A stretch of DNA of 64,000 nt from Monocercomonoides exilis PA203 (Eukaryota; Protista; Preaxostyla), in the NCBI GenBank assembly GCA_001643675.2, contig LSRY02000024.1:186001-250000 (forward strand), given 5' to 3'. Below, piece after piece: positions 12,700-26,400 of this stretch. The notes beneath the pieces are model-generated. The model had not been told where the DNA came from and did not search any database. It saw only the letters and a program-made list of their open reading frames with translations. How positions within the stretch are numbered: the first letter of the stretch is position 1; the number at the start of each line of letters is the position of its first letter. The position numbers and the translations under genes were made by a program.

Positions 12700-15630
12700 A
12701 ATTTCTTCTTCTGCTGCTGCATTTTGAATGTTTATGAAAACAGAAAAATTGGAGAATGGAAGAGAAAAGGCAAATGAAGACTTTTCCATTGAACATATCA
12801 ACTATTTGCATCAATGTCATGGATTATTATCTTTCGTCTTTTCAATTCGTTATCAACAACAAAAAATGAAAGGTGTTGAAGTTGAAGGAATGCATTGCAT
12901 TTGTATTGGAATTGAGAAAAAAGCGGATTTGGAAGAATAGATTTTTGGATTATTTCATGAATTGAAGAAAAATGGAGATGAAAAGATGAACGAAAGGAAA
13001 TGAACAATTTTGAGTAGAGATTGAGGAAGATCAGCGAGAGAAACAGGATGACGATGAAAAATGATTGATGAATGAAGAAATATTTATTTATGTGGCAACA
13101 AAGCGGCTGAAGAGGAAATTCAATTGGAGCAGAACTTTTGGATGATAATGTGAGAAAAGAATGTGAGTGAGGTGTCTTCTCTTTCTCCATCAATTGGAAA
13201 AAGCAGATGAAAGCAGAATGATTAAAGAAAAAGAAAAAGAAAAAGATTGAATTTGAGTGAAATTATGAAGAATTGCATTTTGAGATGAAATGGATGAAAC
13301 GAGTTATTATTCAAGAAGAAGAGATTAAAGGAATGAAGAGAAAAGTGAAGGAAGACAAAATTGAAAATAAAGAAAAAGAATAAAGAGATATGAAAAACCG
13401 AGCAAAAAATGAGAAGAATATGAAGAGCAATTAATTCGATTGACCTTTTGTGCCATTCCCATTCTGAATTGGAGCATTGGATTGGCTTCTTTTTCAGGCA
13501 GGTTTGCTGTTGCATATGGAGCTAATGAAGTTGGTATCTGTATTCTCCAACAATCATTTCTTTATTGATACTCTTGTTTTCTTCTCAAGAATTTTCATTT
13601 CATTTCTTCTTCTTCTCGAATTCATTGAGAATGCGATGAGAAAGAGAAAAATCAGAGTAATCCGAAAATTTCAAGAGGAAATAATTGAACAATTGAATTT
13701 TCAGGAAAAAATGAATCTATATGAAAAAGATTGAAGACTGATACTCATTCAATGACCATTATTGATGGGGGAAAAAAATAATGGATTTTTTGAATATTTA
13801 TTATTTGAAAAAGGCGATAAAACATTAATAAAAATTCTTCAATCCATTTTTTTGTAATTTTGTGAAATGATGAAAATTGAAAATATTGTTTTTGAGTCAC
13901 AAAACAAAATGAATTGAATTTGGCTAAATTATCATGAAATAATCAGAAATATCCAACGATAATTTACCAGAAAAAAAATATAAATCATTCAGAAAATTTA
14001 GTATTTCATAAAAGCTTATGATGGCATCTTCGTATCCTTCTTCTTCCATCTTTTCAGATATCTTCCTTTTTGTTGCCTTTCTTCTCGCTTCTTCCTTTTC
14101 ATCATCTGTCTTCCTTTTCAATCGCCTTGAAATATTCATGAAAAATCTCAAGCATTCATTTGTTATTCCGTCATTCAGCGTTGGCCTGTGAATCTCCTCC
14201 AAAACAGTATCAATTGCCTTTCCTTTCAACAAGTCTTCAACTTTCACGGCTCTGTTTTTTGCTGCATTTCTCAAAGAACAAATGCACCAATCGCAAATCT
14301 CTCTTTGATTATCTCTTGCTGCTCGAAACACTTTCACAATGATGCCAAATATCCCGCCAAATTCTTTATTCCACAACCGAAAGAATTCAAAGAAATGACT
14401 CAATGTTTGGATCCATCTTCTGATAATAAGCACTTCTTTCGCTTCTTTTTTGCTCATTTCTTTTTTCTTCTTCCAATCCGCGCATATCATCAGCTCTTCC
14501 AATTCGCTTGCTGCTTCTCTCGCAAAATGCAGTTCATTCACAATCACACCTTCCAAGCTACTGTCAGTGTTTAATCTGTCCATCAAAAACTGCCAAGCCG
14601 ACTGATACGCAAGTCGAGTGAGGTTGTGATGTTCTTGATGATATTCGATAATTTCTTTGATTTCCTTTAAGTACAGTTTTTGTTCGATAAACTAATAAAA
14701 AAAAAATAAAATTAAAAAACATATCTAAAAATAAATCTGACCTTCCACATCGCAATATTGTTCAACGCCAGCAATGCCAGTTCCGCTTCTTTTTGTGCTT
14801 CTTCGCTTTCCTCTTTCTTTGAGGCAGCTTTCAAAAGGCAAGGTACACATATAAATATCAACTCCGAATTGAACTGGTTACCAAGCAAAAGATAGCATTC
14901 ACACAGATCAACAAGCAGTTTTTCATTCTTTTCTTCTTTCTTCTCTTCTTCAAAAATCATCTCTTCAAATCTTTTGTACAACAAAGCATATTTTAAATTC
15001 AGATTCCATATGCTTTTCAGCACATCGCAATATCCAACATTTTTTAGCAGCAAAATTGTATTTTCCATTGACATTTTCTTTTCTTCAATCATTTTGAATA
15101 TTTTATCATACAATTCTGTGTTGAAAACTAATTCGAATTCTTCTTCATTCATTTCCTCCACAAGTCCGTTCATTTCTTCGATTTTCACTTTCTGCTCGCT
15201 TTCTGGACAATGTTCCAGTTCACAAAACAATTCTTCAATAAATTTAATTATGATGTAAAGCTCTGAACACTCAAAAAATAGGAAAATGAACAAACTTGAA
15301 AACTTATCTTCAAGAGACGGCTCCTGGATATCATCATTGGATTTGTCTTCATCATACATTTCCATTCTGTTTGTTGTATGAATGATCAATTTGCGCGAAA
15401 CATCATATTTAAAACAAAACAACAAAAACAACAAACATTGTTGATAATTGTGAAATAATAATATAACCTTCAAACTCAATTCCTTTGCCTTGAAATAATC
15501 TTTGTTAAAAAAGAGAAATCACTAATAAATCGAAGATATTGGTCGTATTTAGCCAAATACGATAGAATTTAATTTCTGTCTGATCGAACCAACAATAATT
15601 CATTTCATTGAAATCGATATGGTATGATAT
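12700..15630 (-). repeat. Segment duplicated in inverted orientation at about 30810-39690
   Basis: Non-coding flanks of family copies 3 and 5 align: upstream AATTATTGTTGGTTCGATCAGA, downstream CCCCCATCAATAATGGTCATTGAATGA and AAGAAGCCAATCCAATGCTCCAATTCAGAATGGGAATGGCA. Alignment resumes at 39350 after the insertions. Confidence 0.85.
13924..15365 (-). CDS. Expanded helical-protein family, copy 3 (intact)
   Basis: Exons 15365-15296, 15232-14742 and 14691-13924, introns of 63 and 50 nt. Reads MEMYDEDKSNDDIQEPSLEDKFS-KLFCELEHCPESEQKVKI...DISDYFMII, TAG stop. Confidence 0.9.
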
Positions 15631-15653
15631 TTATCACTTTATGAATTTTGTTC

Positions 15654-18600
15654 TAGACCTGTGCGACAAGTGACAAATTTTGCCACTTAGTGACACAGGT
15701 GACAGACAGGACAATTTTTTATGATCGGAACCTTTATTTATATAAAATTTCATTTTTCTATATTTTTGCGAAAAAAGAAAGAGATTATTTTCCAATCAAG
15801 TGAGAAAATATATATTGACCTAAATTGAAACATTTTTTGAAATAAAATGATTAAAAAATTTTAAATATTGAAGAAAAATTTAGTGAAAAATGGTTTGGTG
15901 ACGAGATCAACTTAACTTTGATCTTTTTTGCCACTGGAAGTCACTGCTGTCACTGACGTCACTTCAAGTCAGAGAAGCAAAACTTCTTGAAAAAGAAGCA
16001 GAAGATTTTATAAACTAGTTTGGTTTTTAAAATGTTGTTAATAACATTTTTCATTGAAAATAATCCATAATTATTCTTTTCATTTTTTAGAAATCTCCTT
16101 TTTTCTTCAAAGAAATGAGTACAATGTCTTCTATCAAACTTTGTTGAGTAATTTATTGTTATATCCACAAATACAAACTTTTCAATGCGAAACAAGAAGC
16201 CAGTTATGCTTTTTCTTGTAATTCATTTTGAATATCTCATTAATTATTCATGATATTTTTTAATTTCAACTTTTTCAGATAAAATTGATGAATTCGACTT
16301 TAATTTTTCTGCTTGCATGTGATGCATCTCTTTTGAAGAAGGCTTGAATCAAGCGTTCAATAAGATGAACAGTAAAGGCTAATTTTGCTTTTGAAGCAAA
16401 AAATATCCAAATTGGCAAGTGATGAATACAACTTGTAAATGCAGCATGTGCTTTGTGAATTTGTTGTTGCAAGGTTTTATTCCATTAATTTATTATTATG
16501 CTATTTAAATATGATATATGAATGTATATTTTTTAATTGTTTCACTTCGATCATTCATCTTTTTTTTTTCATTAACTCTTAGCATATGATTCACAAACGA
16601 TATTTCTTGAGAAGTTGCGATTTTATCTTCAAATAACAACTATTATTCTCGCTTTCGTTCTGGCCTTCCCAAAAAAGAACATGCAAAGATACCAAGAAAG
16701 CAGAGAAAAAGGCAACAGGAAAACAACAAAAAAATCAAAGGAAATGAAACAAAGTTGAATGAGGATTACTATGAGAGAAGAATGAAACCAGCTTGAGAGG
16801 ATGATAGAAAATAGTTTTTTATCATAAAAGATATTTATTAGGAAGACATCAGAATGAAAAGAAAAAACAAATTTGAAAATATTTTAAGTTCACTTTTCAT
16901 TTTCTTTTCTTTATCGAGGAGTTTCACTTTTTTTTTTTGCAATTGTAATAAAAAAAGATATTTCAAAAGCAAAACATGAATGTTTTTTATTATTGAAATA
17001 TAAAAAAAGCACATAAATATGCTTTGAGAGTTAAAATTTTAAAAAATTCAATTTCTGACACAACATTATTAGAAATAGTCAACAGCAATTCATAAAGATT
17101 GGAATATTTTTTGTATAAAAATTCCAAAATTTCACGAAAACCAAATATGATTTCTTCGTGCACTTCTTCGTTCTTCTTTTCGTGCAACTCCATTTTGATT
17201 GTATTTCTTTTCGTTTATTCTTTTTCATCATTCATTTTTCATTTCTATTGCCTTGTTATTGCAATGAAGAATCACATGCTTTCATTCTTCGTTTCATTGT
17301 TCATTGTTGGCAGATGAATCTTTTCCAAAACAACATCAACATTCGCAGCTCTCAACAAGTCTTAAACTGCTCCTTTTCTATTACACACTGTTATTCAAAT
17401 AAAATTTTATTCTTCTTTTGTTCATTTCCTCTTTCCTCCCATTCTTTTCTCTTCCAATCCAAGTTTCTTGCTTGTTCTTCCAATTCTTTTACTGTCATTC
17501 TCAAAAAAAAAATAATAATAATAATAAAATAATTATAATTATAATCATAAAACAGCTCTATAACAAAAGGATATGTCAAACTTTATCTTTACTCCCATCT
17601 GATAATCAAAACTTCAAAGGCAGATTAAAATGGAGGAAGAGCCAAGTTGCATATTCCTGATGATATTCTAATATCTCTTTCATTTTATATACGAATAATT
17701 CTTTCACCATTTCATTTAAAAAAAGAAAAAGAAATTTCAAAGTGTTAAAAAAAATAGAAAAGAAAATTTCATTCATAATATTCAACATTGCACATTGTCA
17801 ACAAAGCCACTTTCACTTTATTTTGCATTTCCTCGTTTTTCTTCTGATTTATGGCAACTTTTAGAAGGCAAGAAATGCAAATCGAAAGTGATTCAGATGA
17901 TAAGGAACATACAAGAAATAGATTGCTTTCGCAAAGATCAATCAATAGCTTTTCATTTTTCTCATGTCCTTTCTTTTCATATTCCTCATTCATTATCTTT
18001 TTTAAATCTTTCACACAGCAAAGAATTATCAAAGAAAATGCTATTCATTTTTTTCAAAAATTTGCAATATCCAATATGTTTCAATTGGAAAATTGCATTT
18101 TCTATTGATATTATTTCTATCTTCATCATTTTATCCACGTCGTAATACAGTTCTTCTGTGAAAACTGATTTTAATTCTTTTCCATTCATTTCATTAATCA
18201 TTTCATTCATTTTCTTGATTTTCTGCATTTGTTCATCCTCATTTCAATCTTCAAGTTCAATTAAAAATACTTCAAAAAATAATAATCAAAAAGAAGAAGA
18301 AAATAACTATTTTCAATTCTAATACAGCATCGTTTAACAAACAATTAAACTTTTCTGTGATGCTCATCTCCAGTATTTTTTCCATATTATATTGGTTTGA
18401 GACAACAACTCTGTTTTTATAATGAATAGAAAGCTGGTCTATTTGTGCAAAATGAATCGGTCTGAATATAGAACTCAAGAAAACCATGATAACATCAGCT
18501 TTCACATTATTCATTCGAGCATTTGCATTACTAAAAAGGGATTTGAAAGAAAAATATGTTAAACTCACTAATTAATGTTATTATGTATCGGATGATCGAA

Positions 18601-18707
18601 ATATTTGAAATAAAATTAAGAAGTGGAAATTCTTAAAAATAAAAATAAACAATTTAAAAAAAAAAGTTTAAAGACCAAATATGCAGAATTTGCCTTTTTT
18701 TTTTTTT

Positions 18708-18744
<37 letters not shown>

Positions 18745-18790
18745 GTGACCGACAGCAACAAAAAATAGCAAGTCGTGTCGCATAGGTCTA
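15654..18790. mobile_element. Non-autonomous hAT-like Pack element A (3137 bp) carrying family copy 4
   Basis: TIR TAGACCTGTGCGACA at 15654 and TGTCGCATAGGTCTA ending at 18790; 8-bp TSD TTTTGTTC at 15646-15653 and 18791-18798; subterminal GTGAC/GTCAC repeats; no transposase seen. Confidence 0.9.
17040..18385 (-). pseudogene. Expanded helical-protein family, copy 4 (decayed, inside Pack element A)
   Basis: Fragments MEKILEMSITEKFN, MQKIKKMNEMINEMN, EKNEKLLIDLCE, KEILEYHQE, KELEEQARNLDWKRKE; many stops and frameshifts; intron 1 (about 18340-18271) retained. Confidence 0.85.
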
Positions 18791-20289
18791 TTTTGTTCCA
18801 TTCAGAGTTTCCGAACAAATTTCTCTCTTTTTTTAATTTTTCTAAACATTTTTGGATGAGAATGTTAGACTTGCAAGTATTCGATGCAGAAATTGCATAG
18901 AACAAATCATCGATTTTTTCATAATTGCTTAAATATTGCCCCAACCCACCAAAATAAATAAAGAATAAAAAACAAACATAGCAAAAACATGAAATAAAAG
19001 TGACGTTAACTGAAAAGCAGAACTTATTTTGGAAAAAATTTATAAAGAAGAACAGTAAAGATGAAAAGAAATTAAAATTGTTGTATTCTATCGAGTGATA
19101 ACAGTTATTTTTTTTTTTTCTTCACCTCAACACATCCAACAAATCTCCATTCCTTTCATCCTTTCAACAACTTCATCAAACGAAAAACAAAATCGCGGAA
19201 CATTGGATAAATCCGATTTTTACAGAAGACTCCTTCTCATCGCTTTGAATAAAATTGATTTCAGTAATCGAACTGATGTTTATGCCTGTGGCAAAACACA
19301 GCAAAGCCCATGTGCCACGGTGGAGTATGCTCTCGGATGCGTTGCTCCCTTCAGTAATGCCTCCCTCTCTCTTCTCCTCTCCATTTTCACTCCAACAAAG
19401 ACACTCACCTTCAGCTCGGCCGATACAAAATTCACTGTTTGCTATATTATTTTTCCAATTCTCATATACCATGGGTGCTTAACCCGTACCCACAAATTAA
19501 AATTAAAGTTCATATTTTGTTATATGAACACTATTCATTTCTAATCGTTGAGCTTTGAAAAAAATAGGAAAAGAACATCACAAATTTGAAAAGCATTATT
19601 GTTTATTGTTTGAGAAAAAAAGGTTTTGAAGTTCATTTTTTTTATATACTTCAACTTCATCAGTTTACGGAATTACAAGAATAAAAATGACCAAATAGGT
19701 TTCTTTCTCGTTCTTCTTTATCAATTATCACGTTCAACAGTCACAAACTTTTCCATGTGAAAAAAAAACAAACAAACTACTATGACAACAAAGTTTAAAA
19801 CTTTTCGCGAAATTCAATTTCTTTTTAACTAAAAGACGGTGAGACTGCTGTTTGAATTGCATTTTCCTTTTCCTGTTTTCTTCTTTCATCAATGAAGCTT
19901 TCTTCACTTATATCATCGTTGATAATTTAATGGATTATCTTTTTCTTTTTCTTTTTCTTTTTCTTTTTCCGTTTTATTTCTCTTTTCTCTTCATCTGTAG
20001 TAGAGCTTGACAAAAGAATGTTGAATTCTTTTCGAGAATGCTTGGTTTTTGTTGTTGAAGAAGTCTAGAAAGCTTTTGATTCTTCAATTTTATTGAATTT
20101 GTATCGAAGAAATGAAAGATGCTTTTCAGAATCTTCAAGTTGTTTTTTCAAATCAAGGTTGTCCAAATCTTCAATAATTGTTGTTGAATGTGATTTGTGA
20201 TCACCAGACGGAGAAAACCAACTCAATATGAAAGATGAAGTTGATTTTTCCGTGTTTGTTTTTTCTACAGAATTATTAACTGATGTATT

Positions 20290-21659
20290 CTATGAAACTG
20301 GGATTCTTTGCATTTTTGTTGGAGAACAGTTTCTGAAAAGTTCTTCACACCAATCTTGAGACGAAGAATGAAGATTTTCTTTCAATGCAGAGGCTTCAAC
20401 AGGTGCTCCAGATGCACGAGAGAGAGCACAGGGGCTGCAGCAACAGGCCAAACTCCTGTCTTTATGAATGCTGCTTTTATTGTTGAAGGTGTTCAAGCAG
20501 CTGCCAAGGCTTCAGGAAGAACTTCTGCGAGTTGTGTTCTATAAGAAGGGAGGGAGAATGGAGATGGATAGAAAAATTTGTTGTTCAATGTCGATTTAAG
20601 TCGAGAAAAGATACAGGAATCGCGCGGTTGAAGAAAGAGTGTCATGTTGGGTGGGCATTTTTTCAGAATGATAAAATTTTTTTTGCCGCTTCAATTACAG
20701 TTTCGTCATTGTGAGTTGAATGATTATCCATTAATAAAAGTGCACGATGAGAACTTGTAGGTTTCACTTTCTCCACGATTAATGGAATCCAGTAATTAAT
20801 CATGATGTTCTTGAAGATATCCTTAGTGATCCACCCGGAGGATGAAAAAATATATCTGATATCAAACGAAGAAAGAGTTCGAAACTCTTTCGGGAGTGTT
20901 TTCTTAGTGTGAAGAAGAAAACGAGGCAAAGAAGATCCGTCAGCGCAGACACAGAGGCAAATCGTGGCATTTGGCACTTTTGGAGGCGATGGAACACCTG
21001 GAGGAGTTTGATCTTTGAAGCAAACAACCAATTTTGATGAAGACTCCCCGCAAGTGTTTGAAGATTCGTCGAAATTGAATCTATCCGCAGCTGTGATATT
21101 GTCTTCCATAACAGTGCTCAATAATTCCGAAAACCATCCTCTGATGTTTTCTGGTGACTGCGCTGATATTTTTGCCACATCCGTATGCCTTGCTAAAGCA
21201 GCCTTCAATAAATCACTTCGTTGAATTAATTTGAACGCATATTTTTTGTAGATTGTTTTGAATTCTTTCTTTTGTTTTGATGATTATTCTATTAGATCCA
21301 CACACTTAGCAACATAGAGATATCACAAAAACAAACTAATAAATATTGCAAACCATGTTTTGCACATCGCGAATTTGAACAATTGTCTGATTTGATAAAA
21401 GGACTAGCACCTGGTTCTCAATTTCTTCCAATTGGTCGTTCGTAATTGCCTGAGGGTTCCCATTCCTTCCAGCCTTTCTGCCTGTTCTTTCTGCTCTTTT
21501 CCCTCTTTTCCATTCATCTTTTGACACAACTTTAGCTTTCATAGCAGTAGAATATTTTTCTTTAAAACAATGTCGAATTGCGAAAAGCTTTTTCGATGGG
21601 GATTTGAATACAAGATATTATCATATTACCATAAACCTGTGCAACTTTGTTGATGACAT
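20290..21659 (-). pseudogene. DDE_1 (pogo/CENP-B-type) transposase, DD35D, frameshifted
   Basis: FNFDES, SSSGWIT, LLLMDNHSTH and, after a 1-nt frameshift in an A run near 20680, CPPNMTLFLQPRD. There are 35 residues between the last two Asp if one A is restored. Ends approximate. Confidence 0.85.
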
Positions 21660-21941
21660 ATCCGGTTTTTCAGTCATCTTTATTGGGAATGATCAAGCAT
21701 ATCTAAATTTCTTTTGTTGACATTTTGAATCAAATATAACATTCACAAATTTCGTTGTCTGATATACAAATTAAATAATATTGAACTGTTTTATTATTTT
21801 CACAAGCTCTGAAAAAGTTGCGATTAATATAGTCTTTGGATTAAAGAAGAAACTGGCTCAATTTTGAAGGAACAAAAATAATCGGAGACTGAGCAAAAGC
21901 TGATCTTGGATTATTGACATCATTATTACATGTTTAAAAAT

Positions 21942-22199
21942 GGGTGAATATTTTTATTATCATGTCTTTTTTCGGGGTGTTTTATTTTCAAAGAATGTTT
22001 GTTTTTTGAAAGAAAATTCTGATGCAAAAAAGAAAAAGCTTGATTATTGTTTTTAAAAACAAATACTTTAACAGAATCAAAGATAAAAATGTATTCAATA
22101 AACCTTTTAACTTTTCAATTTTTTTTTCATTGATTTTCAAGTAATGTTTTTGCACAGAAATTTTTGTCTGAAAAAATATGATTTCAAAAATAATTACCC
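21942..22199. mobile_element. MITE family 2, copy a (258 bp), nested in the pogo element
   Basis: Imperfect TIRs GGGTGAATATTTTT... / ...AAAAATAATTACCC, AAAT on both sides; same-length homolog at 43943-44200. Confidence 0.85.
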
Positions 22200-22841
22200 A
22201 AATAGTTTTCAATATTTAAGCGTCGAATTGTGTTTTGAAAGCTCATTCAAATATGAATAGGGTGCGGGTTTGGCACCAGGGGGCGGGTTAAGCACCCATG
22301 GTTAAGTTCTTTTAATTCTGATAGCTTTTCATTTCACTTTATATTCATGAATATTAATCTTCTTTTCAACAGGAGTACATATCGTCATTTATTTTTCCAG
22401 AAGTCTAACATCGGATCACGTAAAACATATTCCTTCTTCATTTCTTCCAATTTCTCCTTTTCATCAAATGCAAATTCTGCTGTTGCTTTATGGAATCATC
22501 TATTTCTTCTCTTCAAAATGCATTTCTTCAAGAATAACAACAATCTCTTCAAAACATTCAATTTCTTTTGTTTCACTGATTCCAGCTTGCCTGTTGGCCG
22601 TAGAAGCTCTTATCTCATTGAATTGTCCTTCAAATATCGATTTTCCAATAAATCGCTTTCCCTCTTTGTTTCATCTTCGATGACTCATTAAAAGTCTGTC
22701 TCATTGTGAAATCTCTCGAAAACTATCCCTGCAACTGTTTGTTCAAAAAAAAATTTCCCGCCTTGTTCTTTCTGTTTCCTGAAATTCTTTCAATCTCAAA
22801 ATGAAAAAGTCAGAATCGATTTTCTTGTTGATTTCGTGCCT

Positions 22842-25800
22842 TCAAATCAGCTTTTCTTGGTTTGATATAGTTCTCTCATTTTCATATAACTTCAGCTGGT
22901 ATTCTATGTTAGAAGAAATGATTATCTGTGCTTCCGAAAAGAAAATGAAAGATGTGGCCTGACTCCGAATTCGAGGGGAGTTGAATGAAAAAGAAGTAGA
23001 CGAAGAAAGAGCAGGCAGTGAAAGTGGAGAAAGTGAGCCAGGATCAGCAGGATTAGAAGTAGATGAATGAACAGCTTGAGATGAAAGTGAAGGAGAAGAT
23101 TGTTGTTGGATGCTCATAAATAAGGACGAATTGACAAGCGAAGAGGCGTAATGAGAAAGAGGATGAAGAACATTTTTTGTCTTTGAGAAAAATAAGCAGC
23201 TGAAACAAAAGGCGCAACCAAATTGAGTGCAGGGTATTTCTGTATCAGATCCATCTCCATTGAATTCTGCGATGTGAAGAAAGATGCCAACTTTGAGAAC
23301 GAAAGCGAAGAAAACAGCTTCGACAGAGCATCTCTTCTTCCAGGAACACTGCTCTGATTGAATGTTCTTATCCCTTTCTCCTTCTGAAACAGCAGAGGCG
23401 ATACTTTTCCTGCACCTTTCCTTCCCTTTCTGTGTGTCACTTCTGCTTCCTCTTTGAATGGTAGCCAGCCCCTCCACTTCATCCCCCTTCCTCTTCTCAA
23501 CTCCGCCCTGCTCTGCCTCAGTACGCTCTTCAGCGCACTTATCAGATCGAGTCTCACTTTCGTCTGCCTCGTGAATACTGCTGCATACACAGGCACTTTC
23601 CTCATCTTCCACACAAATTGCACGTTTTCCTCACTTTTGATTCGAACATAACGGAAAGACACATCCAGTTCATCGCTCAAATCTTCCAGGTCAGAATAAG
23701 CGAGGTCATTCAGCGTGCAGTCCAATTTCCGCACTCGTGTCAAAATTTGCGTTTGGATTTCTTTCACCTCTTGCTGCGCCTCGTTGGCCATTTTGTTCTC
23801 CTTCTGGTTTGCCGGAGTGCCTGTCTCAAGGTGTGGCTGTAGTATTCCTTGGATGCTGCTAAACAGATTCTTATCTTTTTCCTCTATCTTCTTCGCCATT
23901 TTCTCCATTTTCCTGCGCTCTCGCTCTTCTTTCTTCTCCTTTTTCTTCTTCTGTATTTCTTGCTTTTTCATCAACAGAAGCAGTTTTTCTCTCTGATCAT
24001 CAGACTCCAATGAATTAAATGTGATCTTCGCCTCTACATCGTCAACTTTCCCTTTCTCGTTCTGAAACTCATCTTGCATCGCCCTTGTCACTTCTCTTTA
24101 GAAATTCTTCATCCACATCACACCCAACGCAACCCCTTATCCTCCACATCCAACAGCAGGTGACAGAGATATCGTTAATGCACCTTTCACTCCAATCCCT
24201 ATACACATATCTTTGGTGTTCACAATCAACTCCCTCCTTCCAACACCTCTCCATCCGCCGTCCATTCGCTTCCCTCTCGTGAGGTGTATCGTTTCAAAGG
24301 CGCCTCTTCCTGAAGTATATTGCTTAGGCTGTGGAGAAGGCGATGGCGTTGGAGAGGTATTTGCTGTTGTGTTCTGTTGTTGTGGTTGTTGCTGATGTTT
24401 TTGCTGAGCTTGCGATGAAAGAGGCTCTGGCTTTGGCTCATCAAAATGCATTTCGTCTTTTTTGTTGTTTTGAAAAGATTCTTTTGTTTTTGAATTCTTT
24501 TCTGTTTTTTTATTGTCTTTCTTAGGAAGATCTTCAACACTTTCTTGAGCTTCGTTATTTTCTATTCCTTTCTTTTTCATGGAAATGCTTTGTTTTATTT
24601 CAGTATCATTCTCATCATCGTAGTATGCTCCTTCTTTTTCACTGACATCGCTTTCTAAGCTGTCAGTTGATTCGTCATCTGATAGAACTCCCCCAACATT
24701 CACCACATTCTCATAGCTCATCAGCTTCAGAATACTCTCATCGTCTGCATTGTCCTCTTCATACAGCCATCCATCCCCTGAGCTTATGCCCCACCAATCG
24801 TCGTCGTCAAACTCTTCTTCTCTTCTTCGGAACGCTATCAGAATCTCCCGCAGCCTCTTCTCTCGAATGTCGTCTTCTTCGTCTTCGTCTATTCCCGTCA
24901 AGTTGCAAACTTTGGCTTTCTTCTTATTCTTCATTTTGTTATTATTATTTTTGGATTTTGATAAATGTTTTATTTTCTTTCCTTTTGAAACAACTGATTT
25001 GGGATTGTTCATTGAATCCTCCAAAATCACTTCTTCGTTTTCGTCGTTGTTCGAATCATCATCATCTTCTTCTTCTTCCTCATCTTTCGTGCTATCTTCA
25101 TCGCCTTCAACTTCTTCCTTGTTTCCATTTCCATTTCTAAAGTTCGTTGCTTCTTTCTCTTCTTTCTCATCTTCTTTGCCATCCCCCTCACTTTTAGTAG
25201 CATGCACACTCATTCCAGGTCTTTTAATCGATTCATCAATCGGCGTCGGAGTAAGCAGCAGGTTTGGTCTGACCATTAAAAGCACTTCATTCACAACAGA
25301 ATCACGCTGAAGCTCAAGCGCCTGGTAATACCTTCGCATCAGCCTCTGTTTCTCTCTCTGTTTGTGTCTCTTCTCTCTTCGCTCTTCTTCATCACTGATG
25401 ATGGAGCTGTCGGAAAGGCATTCACTTTCTTCATTTTATATAGTTTTCTGCAAATAATCTCTTCAAACTTGCAAAAAACTGTCGTTTTCTCAATTTTAAT
25501 TTCGTTTTCGTTTTCATCATCATTGTTATTTTCATCATTTGCAGATTTCAATGCCTTCCTCATCTTAATCAGTTTTCTTATTCTTCTCTCCTCTCTTCTC
25601 TCGTTCCTTGCTTCTCTCTCTCTTTCCTTCGCTCTCTCTCTTTCTCTCTTCCTCTTCTCCAGATTCTCCGTATACCGCTCCACCATCCGAAACTCTGCAA
25701 ACAGCGGCAGCGCCTCAAATACATCGGGAGGGAGAACAAAATATTGTCTTTTCCTTCTTCTTCCGAACTGCTGCCTCATCCTCCTCATCTGCTGCTCTTC

Positions 25801-26400
25801 GCTTGTCAGAAATATGTTTCTAGAAGAGCGAAGCAACGAGGAAGAAGAAGAAGAGGAGGAAGAAGAGGAAGAGGAAGAAGAACGTGAAGCGCCTGAAGCA
25901 GCAGCCACTTGCGCACAGCGGTTGAGGTAGCGTCGGCGGAGGAGAGGATGCATAGCTCTTATGCGGCGAGCCATAGCAATTTCAGAACGATGAGGTGGTT
26001 TTGGATGGAGAGAGAGGTCGGTTGCTGTTGGAGAAGGAGTAGGAAGAGGAAGAGGAGGAAGAGGAAGAGGAGGAGGAGGAGGAGGAGAAGAAGATGACTG
26101 AGGAAGAGAAAGAAAAGATTCATTGGGCAATGAAGAAGGAGATGTTCCTCTTCCTGTGCCGATGCCAGCAATTGAATGAGTCAAAAAGGTTTGTGTTGAA
26201 TTTTGATTGCTTTTTCACTGTCTTTCTCTTTGAGGCACATAAGATGAATTCTGAAGGGTTGCTTCTTGTGGCGGAAGGATCACAGGAAGCAGCGACGCGG
26301 CGCATGTTTTCTTTTGAAGTCTTCAATGATTTTATCTATTTCCGCTTTTTCGGCTCTTTCTTGTGTAGAATTCACTTCTGACTGTTCGGAAGAAGAAGAA
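22842..26400 (-). pseudogene. Fragmented large low-complexity protein gene, unidentified
   Basis: Consecutive frameshifted ORFs 26120-26326, 25339-26184, 24137-25339 and 23114-24091 with Ser/Glu/Lys tracts and coding-like composition. Confidence 0.5.

Larger units (their letters stand above)
19469..22301 (-). mobile_element. pogo/Fot1-like DNA transposon (2833 bp), decayed
   Basis: 18-bp TIRs CCATGGGTGCTTAACCCG / CGGGTTAAGCACCCATGG; TA on the left flank but TT on the right; internal transposase remnant. Confidence 0.9.
19130..22690 (+). pseudogene. Surface-protein-like gene fragment with a transposon inserted in its intron
   Basis: Exon encoding ACGKTQQSPCATVEYAL; GTTTG donor at 19437, pyrimidine-rich CAG acceptor at 22370; downstream exon decayed. 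Confidence 0.5.

Noticed and set aside
15654-18790. Reading the Pack elements as TA-flanked Tc1/mariner elements
   Set aside because: Both elements have different, perfect 8-bp direct repeats outside the terminal TA, so the TA belongs to the TIR.
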